A stretch of 63,780 bases of DNA, filler included, from Peribolospora baueri (GCA_029717555.1; 3 parts of 3 records of this genome joined end to end with filler, not necessarily neighbours in it); one strand, 5' to 3'. Positions 1 through 13,760 are shown, counted from the whole stretch's first letter. Program-made: numbers and translations. The notes: generated by a model from the sequence alone, not told the origin.

Positions 1-259
1 ACTTCGACATCGAGGAGGACAACATCATGATATCGTACCAGGTGGACGTGGGCGAGGGCGAAGTAGGGGAGGTTTGCAGACCTAGACCCTCCTTGCCCGG
101 CAGCGAGCTGCAAGGGCACCTATACCTGGATTACGGCTACTACGGCCCCCATCAGAAGGACCCGTCGAGTGGACCGCGCAGCAGGCCCGCGGCAAGCCAA
201 CCACCTTCGAGGAGTACCTCGCAAAGAACCCTGTTAAGCTATAAAGTCAAAGACAACAT

Positions 260-790
260 GTGTGGGGGTGACTGAATATCCATGATGGAAAAATCAACCA
301 CCCAGAGTCTAAGGGGTGACTGAAAAGTCACAGATGAAGGAAAAGGCAAACACCAACCATATGGGCATGACTGAAAAGTAAAGGATGAAAGGGGAAAAAG
401 GACAGAAACCAAGCGTTGGGGGGTTGGCTGCTGAAAAGTCATGACGGGTGAACTGAAACTCTGGAAGGAAAACTATTAAAGTCATGGAGAGAGGACCGAA
501 AGTCTGGGAAGGGATACTCAAAGCATGTAAGGAGAAGTGAAAGGGTCGTGAAGGAAAATATTAAAGATTAGAAGAAAGCTGAAGTCGGAAGGACAAGGCG
601 GTCACGCTAGAGGCGAGAATAACGCCGGAATGATCGCATAAGGTTGACATGGGGAAGAAAGGGATAAGTCACATAGGGTGAAGGACATGGAGGGGTCGGT
701 TTACGAAATCGGCTCGCGTTCGGATTCGGCGTGCTCGCCCAGAAACGGTATTCAACTCTTTGTTCAGGCTTGGTCGCGTGTTCGGGTGTC
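260..790. mobile_element. Interspersed repeat, probable transposon terminal or LTR-like remnant
   Basis: 588-786 is the near reverse complement of ~26451-26655 (ORF track shows the same MKDMEGSVYEIGSRSDSACSPRNGIQLF on + at 678 and on - at 26559). Degenerate TGACTGAAAAGTCA-like sub-repeats occur at ~269, 316, 367 and 428. Confidence 0.55.
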
Positions 791-1176
791 TAGAGAGGGG
801 ATGAGGACGGACGAAGACAGTATTTGTCGTGCCTGGCGAAGCGAAGACACCGCCGCGATGAAAAGGCGCACGTCGATCGTTCGTTCAGTACCACTGCACA
901 ATGTCGCTAAGGGGCAGGGCGGGCGGACAGCCCATCGGCTGCGTGCAGGAATGACCAAGTTGGTTCGTTTCTCGTGACCTAACTTGGCGCCGCTGGGCAC
1001 ACTGTGAGCATTTTCGGGGCCTCGCACACGGGGGCGTCGTCAGGCCATGTGGCGGATGCGATTTCAGGCTCCTCCTACTCATCCTTGTCCGGCGTCGCAT
1101 GGCACCGGATATCTGACGGTCGCCTCCAAACGGGGCAAGAGATAATGGGCAGCAACAGCAACACCAAGTTCTGAGG

Positions 1177-1230
1177 CGCATCGCATCGCATCGCATCGCA
1201 TCCCAGCCTAGCCCAGCCCAGCCCATCCCA
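1177..1230. repeat. (GCATC)n / (GCCCA)n microsatellite
   Basis: Directly visible pentanucleotide runs. Confidence 0.85.
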
Positions 1231-2834
1231 TCTCATTCCTGCCTGTCTGCCTGCCGCTAGATGGCGATCGCTTGCGGCTGCTGGTGCCGGCGGCATTCTC
1301 GGATCGTCAGCCGGTTCTGGCGCTGTGGGGCACGGAGGAAGGACAGGTGCGCGCAAGCGAAGTCGCGTTGGTCGGTCGGTCAGTCAGTCGGTCAGTCGGT
1401 CGGTGGGCGGTTGCGATCCGGACGAGCGAGGCGCCACATGACGAGCTCAGCTCGGCTCGTCCTTCACGGCCGTGGCCGGAAATGGGCCTGTCCTTGAGAC
1501 GGACCGACGGAGGGAGAGCGCAATGAGCGGCTCCAGGGATGCAAGCGAGCGTGGCTGGGCCGCTCGGGGCCTTCAAGCCAAATAGTTCTAACGAGACGCG
1601 GAAGGAATGAAATGGAAAGCTCCGGGGTGATAATAAGGCACTTGGGATGGCCTGCACACACTAGCCTTTGCATTTAACATTTACGTTCAGAGGGGACGGC
1701 GGTGCTCGTGCAAGCTACGCTGAACCCGGCTCGCTCGCCTTCTTCCTCCGGCCTCGATTCCTCATCCTCTTCCTCTACCTCTTCCCCGCTCGTCCGGCGA
1801 CCGTGGGCGTGGGCAGGCGGTCCGACGAGCCGGGAGGAGGCACCAGGTCGTCGGTAGCTTACACGCCCGCTCGCCGCTCGCCCACGCGACCTGACCTGCT
1901 CATGAAGCGATAAGCGAGGGCAGAGAGGAACAGGACTGCGCGGCGCAATGCAATGCCGTAGACTCTCGCGTAGAGTGCGATGCCGCCCGCTCTAGCTAGC
2001 TAGCTGTGCGTGCGTGGTATGGCATGCATCGTCGTCTCGTCTCGTCTCACGCGACCTGCGACAGCGCTCTCCAACGCCCGCAAAAGCCGGATCGAATCGA
2101 ATCGAATCGCCAGCGGGCCCGATTTGGAGAGAGAGAGTCATTCGTGCTCGAGTCCTGTCCTGTGCCTCGGACGCGCAGCTTCCGAAGACTCGGGAACATG
2201 CGACTGAGATTGAATAGACGCGGCGGTCCCGCTCGTCTTCTCCTCCTCCTTCGTCCCAGTCGGCGTCTCTTCACCGTCACACAGCTTGCTTCCTTTTTCA
2301 CGTTCGTCGACGCGGCCCGCTTTTTCTGTGTCTCATGGTTCCTATACCCTCTCTCTCCGCTTTCCCACAGACGGCTGTCTGTCGGGTGGGCTACGACGAT
2401 AAGCGTATGTATCCGCCTGTAATGAAGCGAGTGCTCAAGCGCAACCTAGCGTTAGCCAGACCCTGGTGTCGCCTGACGAGCGGCGACCATGCCATCTTGG
2501 TTCTTTTTTTGACTTTTCCTTTCCCTTCCCCATTCGACCTGGGTGAGCAGGTTCCCTTTGGGAGGTCGCGGCCGCCGATGCGCCAATGCCGCTCGTCGCT
2601 GTAAGACATGCAGGCCGTCGCATCGTCCTGGAGACACAATCCGGTCCATGCGGGGGTGCGCCATTACGATAGCAGATGCTCGTGTGAACGGCCCGCGCAG
2701 GTACATAATGGTCTCCTTCCCTCCACCCTTCCTTCTTCGCGCCTTTGGTCGTACATTTCTTCCTTAGGCTTCGGCTCCGGACCGTTCCCCCATCCTCCGC
2801 CTCTCTCTCTCTCCACTTCCCACTCCTTCTAGAG

Positions 2835-5336
2835 ATGGTCGACTGGACCTCGCCTGGTGAGCTTACCCTCCGCTTGCGCTGTGCACCTCTTCCGTCAGGA
2901 CGATGGATGGTACGACCTGCCCGCCTTGTCTAACCTCCTACCACCGACCGAACTACACCAGGCGAGATCCTTAGGGACTTCACAATCTGTGAGTGAGGCG
3001 CCCGTCGGAGGTGATCAGGCCAAGCGCACATGATCGCTGATGTGGCTCGCCACATCTAGTCAAAGGCTTGACCAACGGCGTCTTGGGGCTCTAGTGAGTC
3101 TCTCCCACCTCGTTCACCTCCGTCGCGTTTGGACAACAAGCGCTAAGAGCCCGTCTCTCGTCTCGTCGCACATCCTGCGCCCGTCTTCAAAGCTTCTGGG
3201 AATGGGTAACCAGCGTGAGTAGTACGTTTTGCCTCGTCGACTTCCCCTTGTCTCGACGCGCGCATGCTTGTTCACCTCTTGGCCCTCTCTAGCTCGACTT
3301 TGAGCTAGGACTGCTTCTGGGCCGGGTGAAGTATAGACCACCGACGACGCTATACCTTCTCACGAGGTATTTCTGCCTCTCCGCCCTTATCAGCCTCGTC
3401 ATCTTGAGGTAAGCCAGCGCGTTCGCGGCCCCCTCTACCACTGCGCTTCCAGGCCGACAAGCTCGGCGCGTCTTCCCCTCCTTTTCTTTCGCGTCTCAGC
3501 AATGACCTCCATATCCCCATAGGATGCCAAGACGTGAGCCCGTCTCACGCTTGACCGGCGGTGCAGGGACATTGATCGACCCATCTGTCCCTTTCTCCTA
3601 ACGCACGCAGATGGTCTATATCAGTGTGAGTGCTTAACATAGGATGGAGCCTGCCGGACGCTACACCCAATCGACTCAAACACCCTTCCTTTCCCGTGCT
3701 CGTCGTCTGCTCAGGTGTTCCTCATGTCTTCCACCGTGTATTGTGCGTCCCAGGCGGCAAGGTGGTAGCGTGGACGAGCATCTCGACTCATCCTTGTCAT
3801 ATCGGTTTTCAATCCCCCTCCCCTTACCCTCCTATCTCCAGGGGCTTCCGCGTAAGCCAGTCGTTTCTGCCATCTCTTTGACGATGAGAGCCGAATATGG
3901 ACTTTTGGTCTCGTGCTTTCTTTGGTCACCAGCATCTTCGCGCTACGAGTCATAGCCGTTTGGGAAAGGAGAATATATATCATCGTCGGTCTCGGAGGCG
4001 CGTGGTTGGCCTCTGTCGTGCTCTGGTCAGTTCTGTCTTTCGCTGCTTTCACTTTTCTTTTCCTTTTTATCTCGTATCCGTCACGACGCCTGTCCTGACG
4101 ACCATGGTCTCTCGCTCGACTCGCCACGCTCACAGGTCGGTGGAGGAAGGGTCGATCACCATGGTGAACGTCCCAGGCGTTGGTTGCACCGTCGACCACA
4201 TCGGCCCATTTTTCCCGGTGCCATTGTACGTATGCGAAGGCAAGGAGAGAGGCAACTTACGACGGTAGCGGTCGAGCATTCACGCGTGTTCTTCCTTCCT
4301 TCCACGACTCTGACCTTCAACAGCATTTACACCGAAGGTGGCGTATTTTTTCTTTTTCTTTTTTTTTGTGATCAGAAAGATTCTGCCCTGCCTTGCGCAA
4401 ATGTCTCTACTGACTCTTGAAGGCCCGCTTACGCATTCGCTTTAGTTTTCGACATCATGGTCACCGGACTTGCTGCTTATAAGTGAGTCCAGCAAGTCAC
4501 CCCCCCTCGAGTCCTGGGAGCTGAGGATGTCCGCGCACTCTGCTCACCTCTCTTTCAAATGACCTTCTACGCTCTGCAGACTCCTCCAAGTCAAAAAGAC
4601 GACCGGAGATGCATCAGGGCTGGTGCATGTGCTCTTCCAACAAGGTGAGCCATCGCGCTCGTCTCGGAGAATCTTCCTTGCCACCGGACTCATCAGTCAA
4701 TTGCTTTCCTTGACGCCCAGGTTTGAGCTACTTTGTCGTCAACTCCATCACTTGTACGCTGTCCTTGGGATTCATCATCACCAAAGTGAGTTAGTCAGCC
4801 GTACTTGAAGGCTCTCCGTTCGCATCTCGTTGACCGTATTGTCTTTCTTCGGTTTTGGCAGCCCAACGAACTCTTGGCGGTGGGTAGCTTCTCGTTCCCC
4901 TTGCCGAACCGAACTCGCTTGACCTCGCTTCGCTGACACGCCTACACGCTTTCAGGTCATGTTCTCAGTCGTTCAAATGACCTGTGAGCATACTTGTTCC
5001 CGCTCGTCTTCCATCCCGCCCCGGTCTTTCACGCTTGCTGATAGAGCCATCTTTCCCTTTTGCGAACCAGTCGCGGGAATCATGGCAACCCGCGCTTTCC
5101 GCGACCTCAGCAGCGGCAAGGCGCTCAGCTCCACCGTCCATTCTCACGGTCACTCCAACCCGAACCAGACGTCCTTCCACTGCCGGAGCTGCCTTGCCGC
5201 CTCCGACGTCGACGCCCCTTCCCACCAGCGCTCTCTCCCACGTTCACTCTCCAGTAGGTCTCGAGAGGCGGCACGCTGGAACCCTGCGCAGGTCGAAGGC
5301 GTCTTGATCCCCATGTCGCGCCTCCAGAACCGGTGA
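2835..5336 (+). CDS. Multi-exon, multi-pass membrane protein, DUF6533-like fungal putative GPCR-like family
   Basis: ATG at 2835 (MVDWTSP) is followed by many short exons with GTGAG donors. Exons read FWEWVTS/LDFE, SIFALRVIAVWER, FDIMVTGLAAYK, LVHVLFQQG and IMATRAFRDL, then a Ser-rich tail to TGA at 5336. These segments are typical of this basidiomycete family. Confidence 0.6.
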
Positions 5337-6037
5337 GCAGACCTTCCGTCAAACGAGGCGGGCGAACCTTGGACGGAGGGACGTAACGTGGCGTGTGATG
5401 ATTCGGTTTCTCCCCGACTCTCTTCCCCTTTACGCTTATCAGAGACCAAGAATGGCTGAAGGCGCGGGAGAGCAATTACGAGACGAGCGAAGCGATGGGG
5501 CCGCCTTACGACACTTTCGTATCTGCCCATCCACCACGCGGTTTCGTTCAAGCATACCATCTGCCCAACACTCAAAACAACACACAAAACGCTTACTCCT
5601 CTTACCCCTCCCGCGATCAATCCTGGCTCGCCTGAACGTGTCTCGGTTGTCGCCTTCGGACAAGGACGGATGATCTGAACTCGTGCCCTCTCGTGAGTGA
5701 GAGGGACGTCGCGTCCTCCGGTGATGCCAATCGGACGCGGCTCCAACCCCGTCGGTCCTTGCCCCCTTCGACGACGCAGCGGGTCTGTGTCCCGAACTAA
5801 AAGGCCCAAGCGGAGCGTTCTTTCCCCGCGACGTGTACGTGTACTCAGTCCGTCATCTTCCCATTGATTGATAAGAGTATATGTAGAACCAAACGTGCCG
5901 CTGGCGTCTATTCGTCTCTGAACTACACGGAATTTCTAAGCCTCCAACGACAAAGTTGCTTGATGAGGCGCCACTACAGTCGAAACGTCGTCGTCCACGC
6001 CCGCGCGACGATGACCGGCGACGCGCACCAAGAACCG

Positions 6038-7799
6038 TCACGGTATTTGTCGCTTCTTGCGGGGCATGAAGATACTCGGTTGCTTCCGAGCAACTCGTGG
6101 GCCCCCTGGACCGTGCGGAGGCGAGGACGCGAAGGAAGCGGCGGCTTGTTGTGCAGAACGGGGAGCTTGGTGGGAAGAGGCTATCGGCAGAGGCGTAGAA
6201 GCGCCTTGGCCAGGCTTTCCAGAGGGCGTTTCCGAACCGCTGGGCGGAGCTGGCTTGTCGACTGGACGCACCCCACTCGAAATGCTCAATTTGCTGACCG
6301 ACTTCACGGCCTTGACTTTGCGGGTCGTCACCATGATCCCAGGCCGTGCGGCCGCCCCCTTGACGTCCCCATCCGGCCCTTCCCGGCCGACGCCATCGGC
6401 CAACGACATGCGTTCTTTGCCTTTACCCTTGTCGCCGTCTTGGTCGCGTCCGAAAAAGTCGAAACCTTTGAGTCTTTTGGCATCCTCCATTTCCCTCATG
6501 GAGATCGTTGTGAGCCCGCCGCTAACGGGGGGAGATGACGATAGCCTTCGCTTTGACGGCACCCGCGAAGAAGGCTGTACCTGACCGCTAACTACGCTTT
6601 TGCTGCCAATGGTGCGCGGGGCGATCATCTTTGCGCCGGCCGTCCCCTGACGCAGGGGTAAAGAACATGCCGAAAGCTCGCGCCCGCCGTACCGAGACGA
6701 GGTGGAGGATGACGAGGAAGACGAAAGGGATTGAGTGAGATTCGAGAATTGGAGCGCTTTCGCCTTGCGCGCCTCAGTGCGAGCTTTATTTATGATCGAG
6801 TGCGGCCGTTGATCTTAGGAAGGCGGACAGTATCCAAAAAAAATGTAATCAGAGTCAGCTCTGCTTGCTCCTTTCTCCGCGGGCCAGAGGGTCTATCAAT
6901 TCAAATACGGCCCCTAAGGGATGTGAGGCGCTCACCTGCCAAGCCTCCTGGACGACTGCGCCTGGGAGGCCCTTTGAGGGAGTGGTCCACCACAATCTTC
7001 TTGGCCTCCTTCTCCGCCCTCAGCAATTCGGATCTCTCCCGTGCCGCCGCACGGGCTGCTTCATCCTGCTTTGCTCTAGCTTCTTTTGATTCCTGTAGAC
7101 GAGGAAATGCGTGTATAAACAATCAATAAAGAAGAATGGAGCAATATTGGCGAGCCGTCCGAGAACTGTCAGACATGCTCGTCACAGGGTCCACGACCGT
7201 CTCGGATGATGTTTGCCCCTTTTCCGTCAATAGCATAGCCGTGCCAGACAATGTAGGCAAAAAAACACCAGGACCACGCACCTTGTAAAGCCTCCTCCAT
7301 GACTTTGGCTTCTTCAACTCGCCCCTTTCATGCGCAACCCGATGCTGCGGGAAATCCTCCAGCACAAGATGTTCCCATATCTCGTCGTCTTCTCGGGCAA
7401 TTTGCTGTTGGTCGTACATTGACATGGACGAGCGGGTAAGGGAAGATCACATATCGTCAAGGGTGACACTGGAACCGAGATGGGAGGAGGCGGACGACCG
7501 ATCCCCGAGCGTGCTCACTGGGGAGCTCTCCTCGATGAGAGCGACTTGGTCGGCATCGCACTTGAACAAGATCTCGCGTACGAGTCGGTAGGGAAGGTCT
7601 CCGGCGTCGACCAGATGGCGCGCGTAGCGGGTCATGATGACTGCAGCGGGTTATCAATGCGTTATCCGGTGGACTGCGAGGAAGTGTGGCTGTGCGAGGG
7701 AAGGCGAGGGGGACGCTCACCTCGCTTGCAGATGGCCACCAGCGGCTCCACCTCCCTGGAGGCCCTGCCCACAGCTCTTGCCCCAGCTCTAGACGACAT
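6038..7799 (-). CDS. ELA1: Elongin A (RNA pol II transcription factor SIII subunit A), spliced
   Basis: VEPLVAICKR, then DAGDLPYRLVREILFKCDADQVALIEESSP, then DDEIWEHLVLEDFP...PKSWRRLY, a coiled coil and a basic low-complexity tail ending SIFMPRKKRQIP. The start could be further upstream (7889). Confidence 0.8.
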
Positions 7800-8138
7800 T
7801 CTGGGGGACTTGGCGGGTGGGAAGGAAGGAGGCGGGGACGGAAAGAGAGGAGTGGGAGGAGGATCGTCCGACGATCTTCGCACGAGCATCGTCCGCTCTT
7901 TACACGGGGCCGCACCGCCGCTGCGTGTGATCGGCCGCAGTAGCTCTCTTGTCATGAACGTTATCATCTTGGCGAACGACTGCGGACCTAAAACAGCATG
8001 ACTGATAGAGGTACAAAGACGACGGCAAGAAGGACGAAGGACGCTAAGCCCCAAAGTCGAAGGTGAGGAATACAAAAGTGACGCTCAAGAAGGAGAGGGA
8101 GATGCAGATTGTCGTGATCAGGTCGGAGAGAGCGAGCG

Positions 8139-9666
8139 TCACTCGATCGACGACGCGCGACGCGGTGACCCTTCCGCCGAACGTCTCTGTCCGACAAGCT
8201 CGCTTGCAGGTTCTCGGACTGCCAACGAAGTCACCGGAGAGGCGAGGCGTCCGTCCATCCTTTCTTGTGATGTTGATGAAGGGGATGTGATATGTATGCG
8301 AGGTAGTGTTCTCGCTCGACGGGTGCGCGGCGGCGGCAGCAGCGAATCGACAGTGACCGTCTGGACACGACTTTGGTTTGGCGCCGACCAGAGATGTCTA
8401 ATCGAGGCTGCGTCGTTGAGGTCTTGGGATACCAGCTCCGTCGGCCGGCGGAAGCCTGTGTGAGGGTCAAAGAGCCCCGCTTTGCCACCGGCGCCACTCG
8501 TGGGTCCGAGAATATGTTCTTCGCTCGTCCAGGCGTGGTCAAGGGGACGACTCCGTATGCCCATTAAGGTCGCTCGAGGGAACGCGTCGAGAGCAAAGGA
8601 ACCTTCAAGGAACCTTCCTCTGTCGGGGATCTCTCGACCTCTATGGTCCGTACCGGAGGACGAGTGGCATCTATCAGCTGCTGCCGCCTCCTCACGGGCA
8701 TGGGAGCCTGCGTGGACAGAGGAGCGGAAGATCATACCCGCCAACGAAGCAGCGACCGAGCCGAGGGCCATGATGATCATCGTGCTGATAGTGCGGTCGG
8801 GGGCATAATACCATTCCACCATAGCCACAATCCTGATCGAGGCACGAAGTAGGCCCTTGGCTGAGCTTGCGGCTCCTTTGATGCCCCGTCCAGGACCTAA
8901 TCACGCAAAGCACTCCACGGCTATATAGTAGACCACCCCTTGCGTGACGAGGGCCTGGGTGAACGCTTTGGCCGCGGTTGGTATCGTATCTCTCCTGGGA
9001 AAGTTTCTGAACCCTTCAAGGTGGACGAGGCGTACAGTAGAGAGGAGGAGATTGGTGCTGTCGCTGAACATCAAAGCAGGCTGCCGTCGTGGGATGACGA
9101 TAGGAGTGAGACCAGCGTCCAACGGTGCCGTCATGAGATGGACATCGGCGCCCACCAGAAATCCGGAGATGCCGTCACGCCGAAGACGGTAGTGACAAAA
9201 GCTTGTTCCAGGTACATGCTGGCCTGCAGTGAAAACAGGGATCTGCGAGGTTGTGAAGGGGAATCAGCTGTCGGTGTTCCCGCTTTCGTGGTTCTCAGCT
9301 GAGCTTTCTCACTGTCAGGCTCCAACCCAACGTAGTGAAGAAAGAGGTTCCGAGGACGATCAATATGTGTGCATTGTAACCCCATAACGTCGCCGTTCGG
9401 GTGGTGAACAGAAAGTTGGTGCAATTGAGCGAAATGACCAGGACGGAGTCGAATGTCTCCGAGGAACAAAGAGTAGTAGACGAGCCTGGTTGGGGAAGGG
9501 AAAGTAAGGAAGAGCAGGCAGAAGATGAGAGAAAGCAAGGAGCCATCCCTCTCGGATGCCCGTTTGCCTTACCCAACCATGACGGCGTAGGCTGCATGCG
9601 GCGGCATGTCCTGGAAGATGACCTCGTCCTGTCTCCAGCGCACAAGCCTTGTCTCGAGCCGGACAT
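8139..9666 (-). CDS. Uncharacterised multi-pass membrane protein (DUF6533-like topology), spliced
   Basis: Hydrophobic exons ETFDSVLVISLN, HILIVLGTSFF, DSTNLLLSTVRL, ALVTQGVVYYIAVECF and ISTMIIMALGSVAASLAG, followed by a polar tail. The start is uncertain. Confidence 0.5.
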
Positions 9667-10795
9667 GGGCCATGATTGGAAGACAGACCTTCACGCCACC
9701 CTGTGCGGATCTAGGGAGGCCGGAGACAGCCCCTGGAGCTGTTCTCTAGAATCAGGCCACTGCGTGCTCGTGCCGACGATGGCAGCCAACTGGGAGACCC
9801 GTGAAACGCACTGGCTCGATAGGCGTGGTTCATCTAAACGAGTCTTCCGCTGCGGGTCGTCCATCAGCCGACACTGTGCTTCGCATGTATGAGTTCTTCG
9901 TCCACGCAGCGTCGACGAACAATGTCGCGCACCGGAGGGGGAGAACGACGGCAAAGGAGGGACAGGCCGATAGAACGGTCGACTCGCAGCGTGTCGAAGA
10001 GTCGGAAAAGGAGCGCTCCTAAGAAGCGAAGGGGAAGAGGCACCATACCATGGGATGGCTCGCCGAGTCGGTGTCGCCTCATCCTCACCCGCAACAGCTG
10101 GGACGGCACTTCGTCCTTGTGCACGCACTACTCGGCGCAGGTGGGCGCCTCCATAGAGCATGCAGATAGTTCAATCTCAGACTGGACCATTTTGGTCCGT
10201 ACGTGCTTACCCCGCAGACGATACAGTGCCGTATGAGGCCGGGTGTCCGACCTTCTCATTTGATTTATTCGTAGGTCGACCTTGCTTGCGGAGCTGCGCG
10301 AGGCGAGCGAGTCCCATGGAAACCGGAGAATGATGAGCCGACGGCGGTGCAGCCTGGCTGTTTCGTGAAACAGAGCCCGCGTTCAGATGGGCCAGTTAAA
10401 ATCGCCCATACGAATTACATGGCCTACCGAGGCCTTGAGAAAAAAGGCGACAGCGGGAACAGATATGATGAGGCCCGCGCACGCATCTATCGGACACACA
10501 TACAAATCGCAATGTACGAAGGCGCTCTCTTCCTGCGTTTCAAGTTGATCATCGGAGCATGGGGGGCGCGAAGGACGTCCTTGTTTCCTCAGCGACATAT
10601 CCGACTACTCTGTCTCTGTCCCTGACCTCCTCTGTGCGATCATGCCAAAGGAGGCAATTTTCTGTTCGACACGTGAAAATGCAAATTCCTAACAAGGTTC
10701 TCGTGCGCATTCTTCCTCTCCGCTCCCTGCCGCGGCATTCACTGTCGATCTGCACTCTTACATTTGACGCGCATGCCTGCCGTTCGGTGTAAACT

Positions 10796-12358
10796 TCAAG
10801 TCACTTGCGCGCCGTGGACTCCGATCTGCAGCCACATAATCCGAGCGGGCAAGTCGAGGCGGGGAAGGGTCAATGACGACAGCAGTTTAAAGTGTATCAA
10901 GGGCGCGAGAATGGCCCGAATGACAGGTGCTTACCGTCGCACCGGATACAAACGAGGCCTCGTCGCTGGAGAGAAATACCTGACACAGACGGCGCGGACG
11001 AACGGTCGGGTCAGCCCTGCAGCCATCGTATAACCGGCTCAATGGCGACACGGACTCAACGCACCAACACGTTTGCGATCTCCACGGGCTCGGCGATGCG
11101 ATGGAGAGCGCAGTTCTGCCCGATCTCTTTCTTCATCTCTTCCGTGAAGGATTCCTGTGCGCGTGCGAGCAAACCAATGTGTAGTCGAGTCAGTGACAGA
11201 ACCTGCGGGGTAGGAGGCAGCGCGAGACTTTGGCCTAGGAGAGTGCGGGTCGTCGAGCTTATCCCGAACATGGGCGTGTTGGTCGCACCCTGGTAAGACC
11301 GAGGCGACTCGGATAAACTATTTAGAGACCGTTCAAATAAGAACGCCCCGCCAATTCGCGAGAGAGCTTACCGGATGTACAGAATTGACGCGGATGCCTT
11401 TGGGACCCAATTCCTTGGCGGCCGAGATGGCTACACCCCTGGAGCCCCATTTGCTCGTAACGTCTGAACGAACAAAGTATAGAGTCAATCAACGATATGG
11501 CGGCCCGGTGACGCGGCCGCTACGGTCCGATGAGCAAATGATGTGAGATCCGACTTACATGGGGAGAAATCTCGTTCCCCATACAAGCTGGCCACGCTCG
11601 AGACGACGACGACGGAGCAGCCTTTTCCCGCCGAGGGTGAAGCGAGCATCGTGCGCGCTGCGTGTTTGACGGTGAGCCACGCTGAAAGCAGCAGGTGGAT
11701 CAAATCAAACCGGAATGGGTGAGGACGGCGTCTAGAGAAACGCACGTACCCTAGGACCCTAGTGCCCTAGCGCACTTCTCCGACTAGGAATACGCCCTCA
11801 CCTCCAACGGTATTGATCCTAAGCATCCTATCCATCGTTTCCCGACTCTCATCCAAAATGCTACGCATTGGATGAGAGACGCCAACGTTGGCGATGGCGG
11901 CATCCACCCTGCCCCACCTCTTCATTGTTTCATTCATCACCTTAGCGATGTCAGCCTCTTCGCCCACGTCAGCGGCGACGAGTAGCAGGCGTTCCTGTAT
12001 CTGTGACGATGCCGAAGGGAAGGAGGCGAGCAGGTCGGATTGAAGGGCGAGCAATGACTTCTCGGTTAAGTCGATAAGCGTCAAGCCTTTAACATCCTCC
12101 TCTATGAGGCGGTGAGCGGTTGCAGTGCCGATGCCTCCCCCAGCGCCCTGTAGAGAAACAGAGGTGCCGACCCGGTCCAAGCGTTGTAAGTCTTCTTTAA
12201 CACGCTCGAGCAAGTCAACGGGAGCGCTCATACCCAGGGAAAACTAAGTCTTCTTTAACACGCTCGAGCAAGTCAACGGGAGCGCTCATACCCAGGGAAA
12301 ACAAATTCACCGTCAGTACGACGACCTTGCCGTCCATCCTGCCTTTGCGAATGGGCAT
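10796..12358 (-). CDS. Short-chain dehydrogenase/reductase (classical SDR)
   Basis: MPIRKGRMDGKVVVLT|GAGGGIG Rossmann motif, VAADV, VVVVSSVAS, SKWG, GIRVNSVH and IAEPVEIANV...FLSSDEASFVSG. Multiple GT-AG introns. Confidence 0.9.
12187..12302. repeat. Perfect 58-bp tandem duplication in SDR intron 1
   Basis: taagtcttctttaacacg...cccagggaaaac occurs at 12187-12244 and again at 12245-12302. Confidence 0.95.
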
Positions 12359-12739
12359 ATTGGGACGATGTGCTCGTGAAACCGTTTGGAGAAAGATTTC
12401 CGAAGGAATTTTGGCGGATCATTACTGGAGATCCGATATACAGTTAAACTTGTCTGTTAGCATACGGGTCCCTAGGTATGCCTTCGCATAGTGCATAGCG
12501 ATCTCCCATTCCCGCTTGTCCCCTCTCCCCAGCCAAAAATTGACGAATCCCAGCCAAAACGCTGGCCTATATGCATACTAAACATACCCGCATATTGCAA
12601 GCACTGACATCCTTACCAGGTATGCACCCTCGGCATGCTTAGTTAGGGTTGAGGGTCACGTGCACCGTGGTTACGCGGCTGAAAGCGGACATGACTATGT
12701 AGGCAACTGTGTTACTGCGGCCTAGTTCGGCCGTCTTCC

Positions 12740-13760
12740 TCTACCTCTTGCGGTTTTCCTCTTTGTATGCTCTCTTAACATTAACGAACCAGTAACATCC
12801 ACTTTCGTCCATCCACGCGCCAGTTCTAACATTACTACACGTGGTTGTCCGCGTTTCACCATCTCTTTCAAAGAACATGTCAACGAGCAGCGTAAACAAA
12901 CCGATCTTCGACAATTCTTTTCTGCACACGCTTCTTCTTGAACATGGTTGTGTTATGACGTGTACATACTCTATAGTAAAGCTTGGAATTCATGTCTTGA
13001 TGGACGCTATCGACTGTGCAACGACTGCGGCAACTTTACATAGACCCCGCCCTGTACAAGTCACCCTCCACATACTGCATAGCCCTCGGGCTATACAACT
13101 TGTATGCTTATAGACAAGTTTTGACTGTACTCCAGATGGAAGAACACGCACGTTCGCTGACGTGGACGGTACAGTATCGTGTTCGTGCCCGAAGTAGATG
13201 GCAAAAATGTTCAAATGGAAGGAACATATATGACACGATTGGATCTGAGTGAGAGTGGAGGAAGAGGGTCGAATGCGCGTTGAGTTTCGCATCTTCTGTA
13301 ATCAACGCAGAGTCTTAGCTCGCCAGTCTTTCTTTTTAACAAACAAAATAGGTGCTGCACCGAACGGAGAACTGTGATTGTCTGATGATGAAAACCTTTG
13401 GCTAGGTTTTTCCTGGAGCCAGGATGACAAAAAAATCCAAAAATTCTGGGACCTGATAGCTGATGAAGTCGGGCCGAACGGTGGTTTTGCGTCCTCCGTT
13501 CGTGATCGCGGTGTGGTGGTACATAGCTTGTTTGCCCTGTGTTGGGAAAAAAAAAAGCTTTCCAAAAAATTCATGATACTGAACAGGGGACTAGATCCCT
13601 GAGGATTTACCTGATACTCTGGAAGTGTCTGGTAAGATCTGACACGAGGGGGGCTCTTGATGACTGATAGCAGATACTGTACTGATAGCTGAGGCGAATC
13701 TGATGCTGATACTGTAGCTGTTCGGTGCCAGAGAATTGCAGATACCCAGCAATGCCGTCC
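12740..13760 (-). mobile_element. Degenerate Ty3/Gypsy LTR retrotransposon pol relic
   Basis: Minus strand ~13290-13370 reads SPFGAAPILFVKKK, then after a one-base frameshift KTGELRLCVDYRR, the canonical Gypsy RT N-terminal motif. The region has lower GC and many stops. Boundaries are approximate. Confidence 0.75.
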
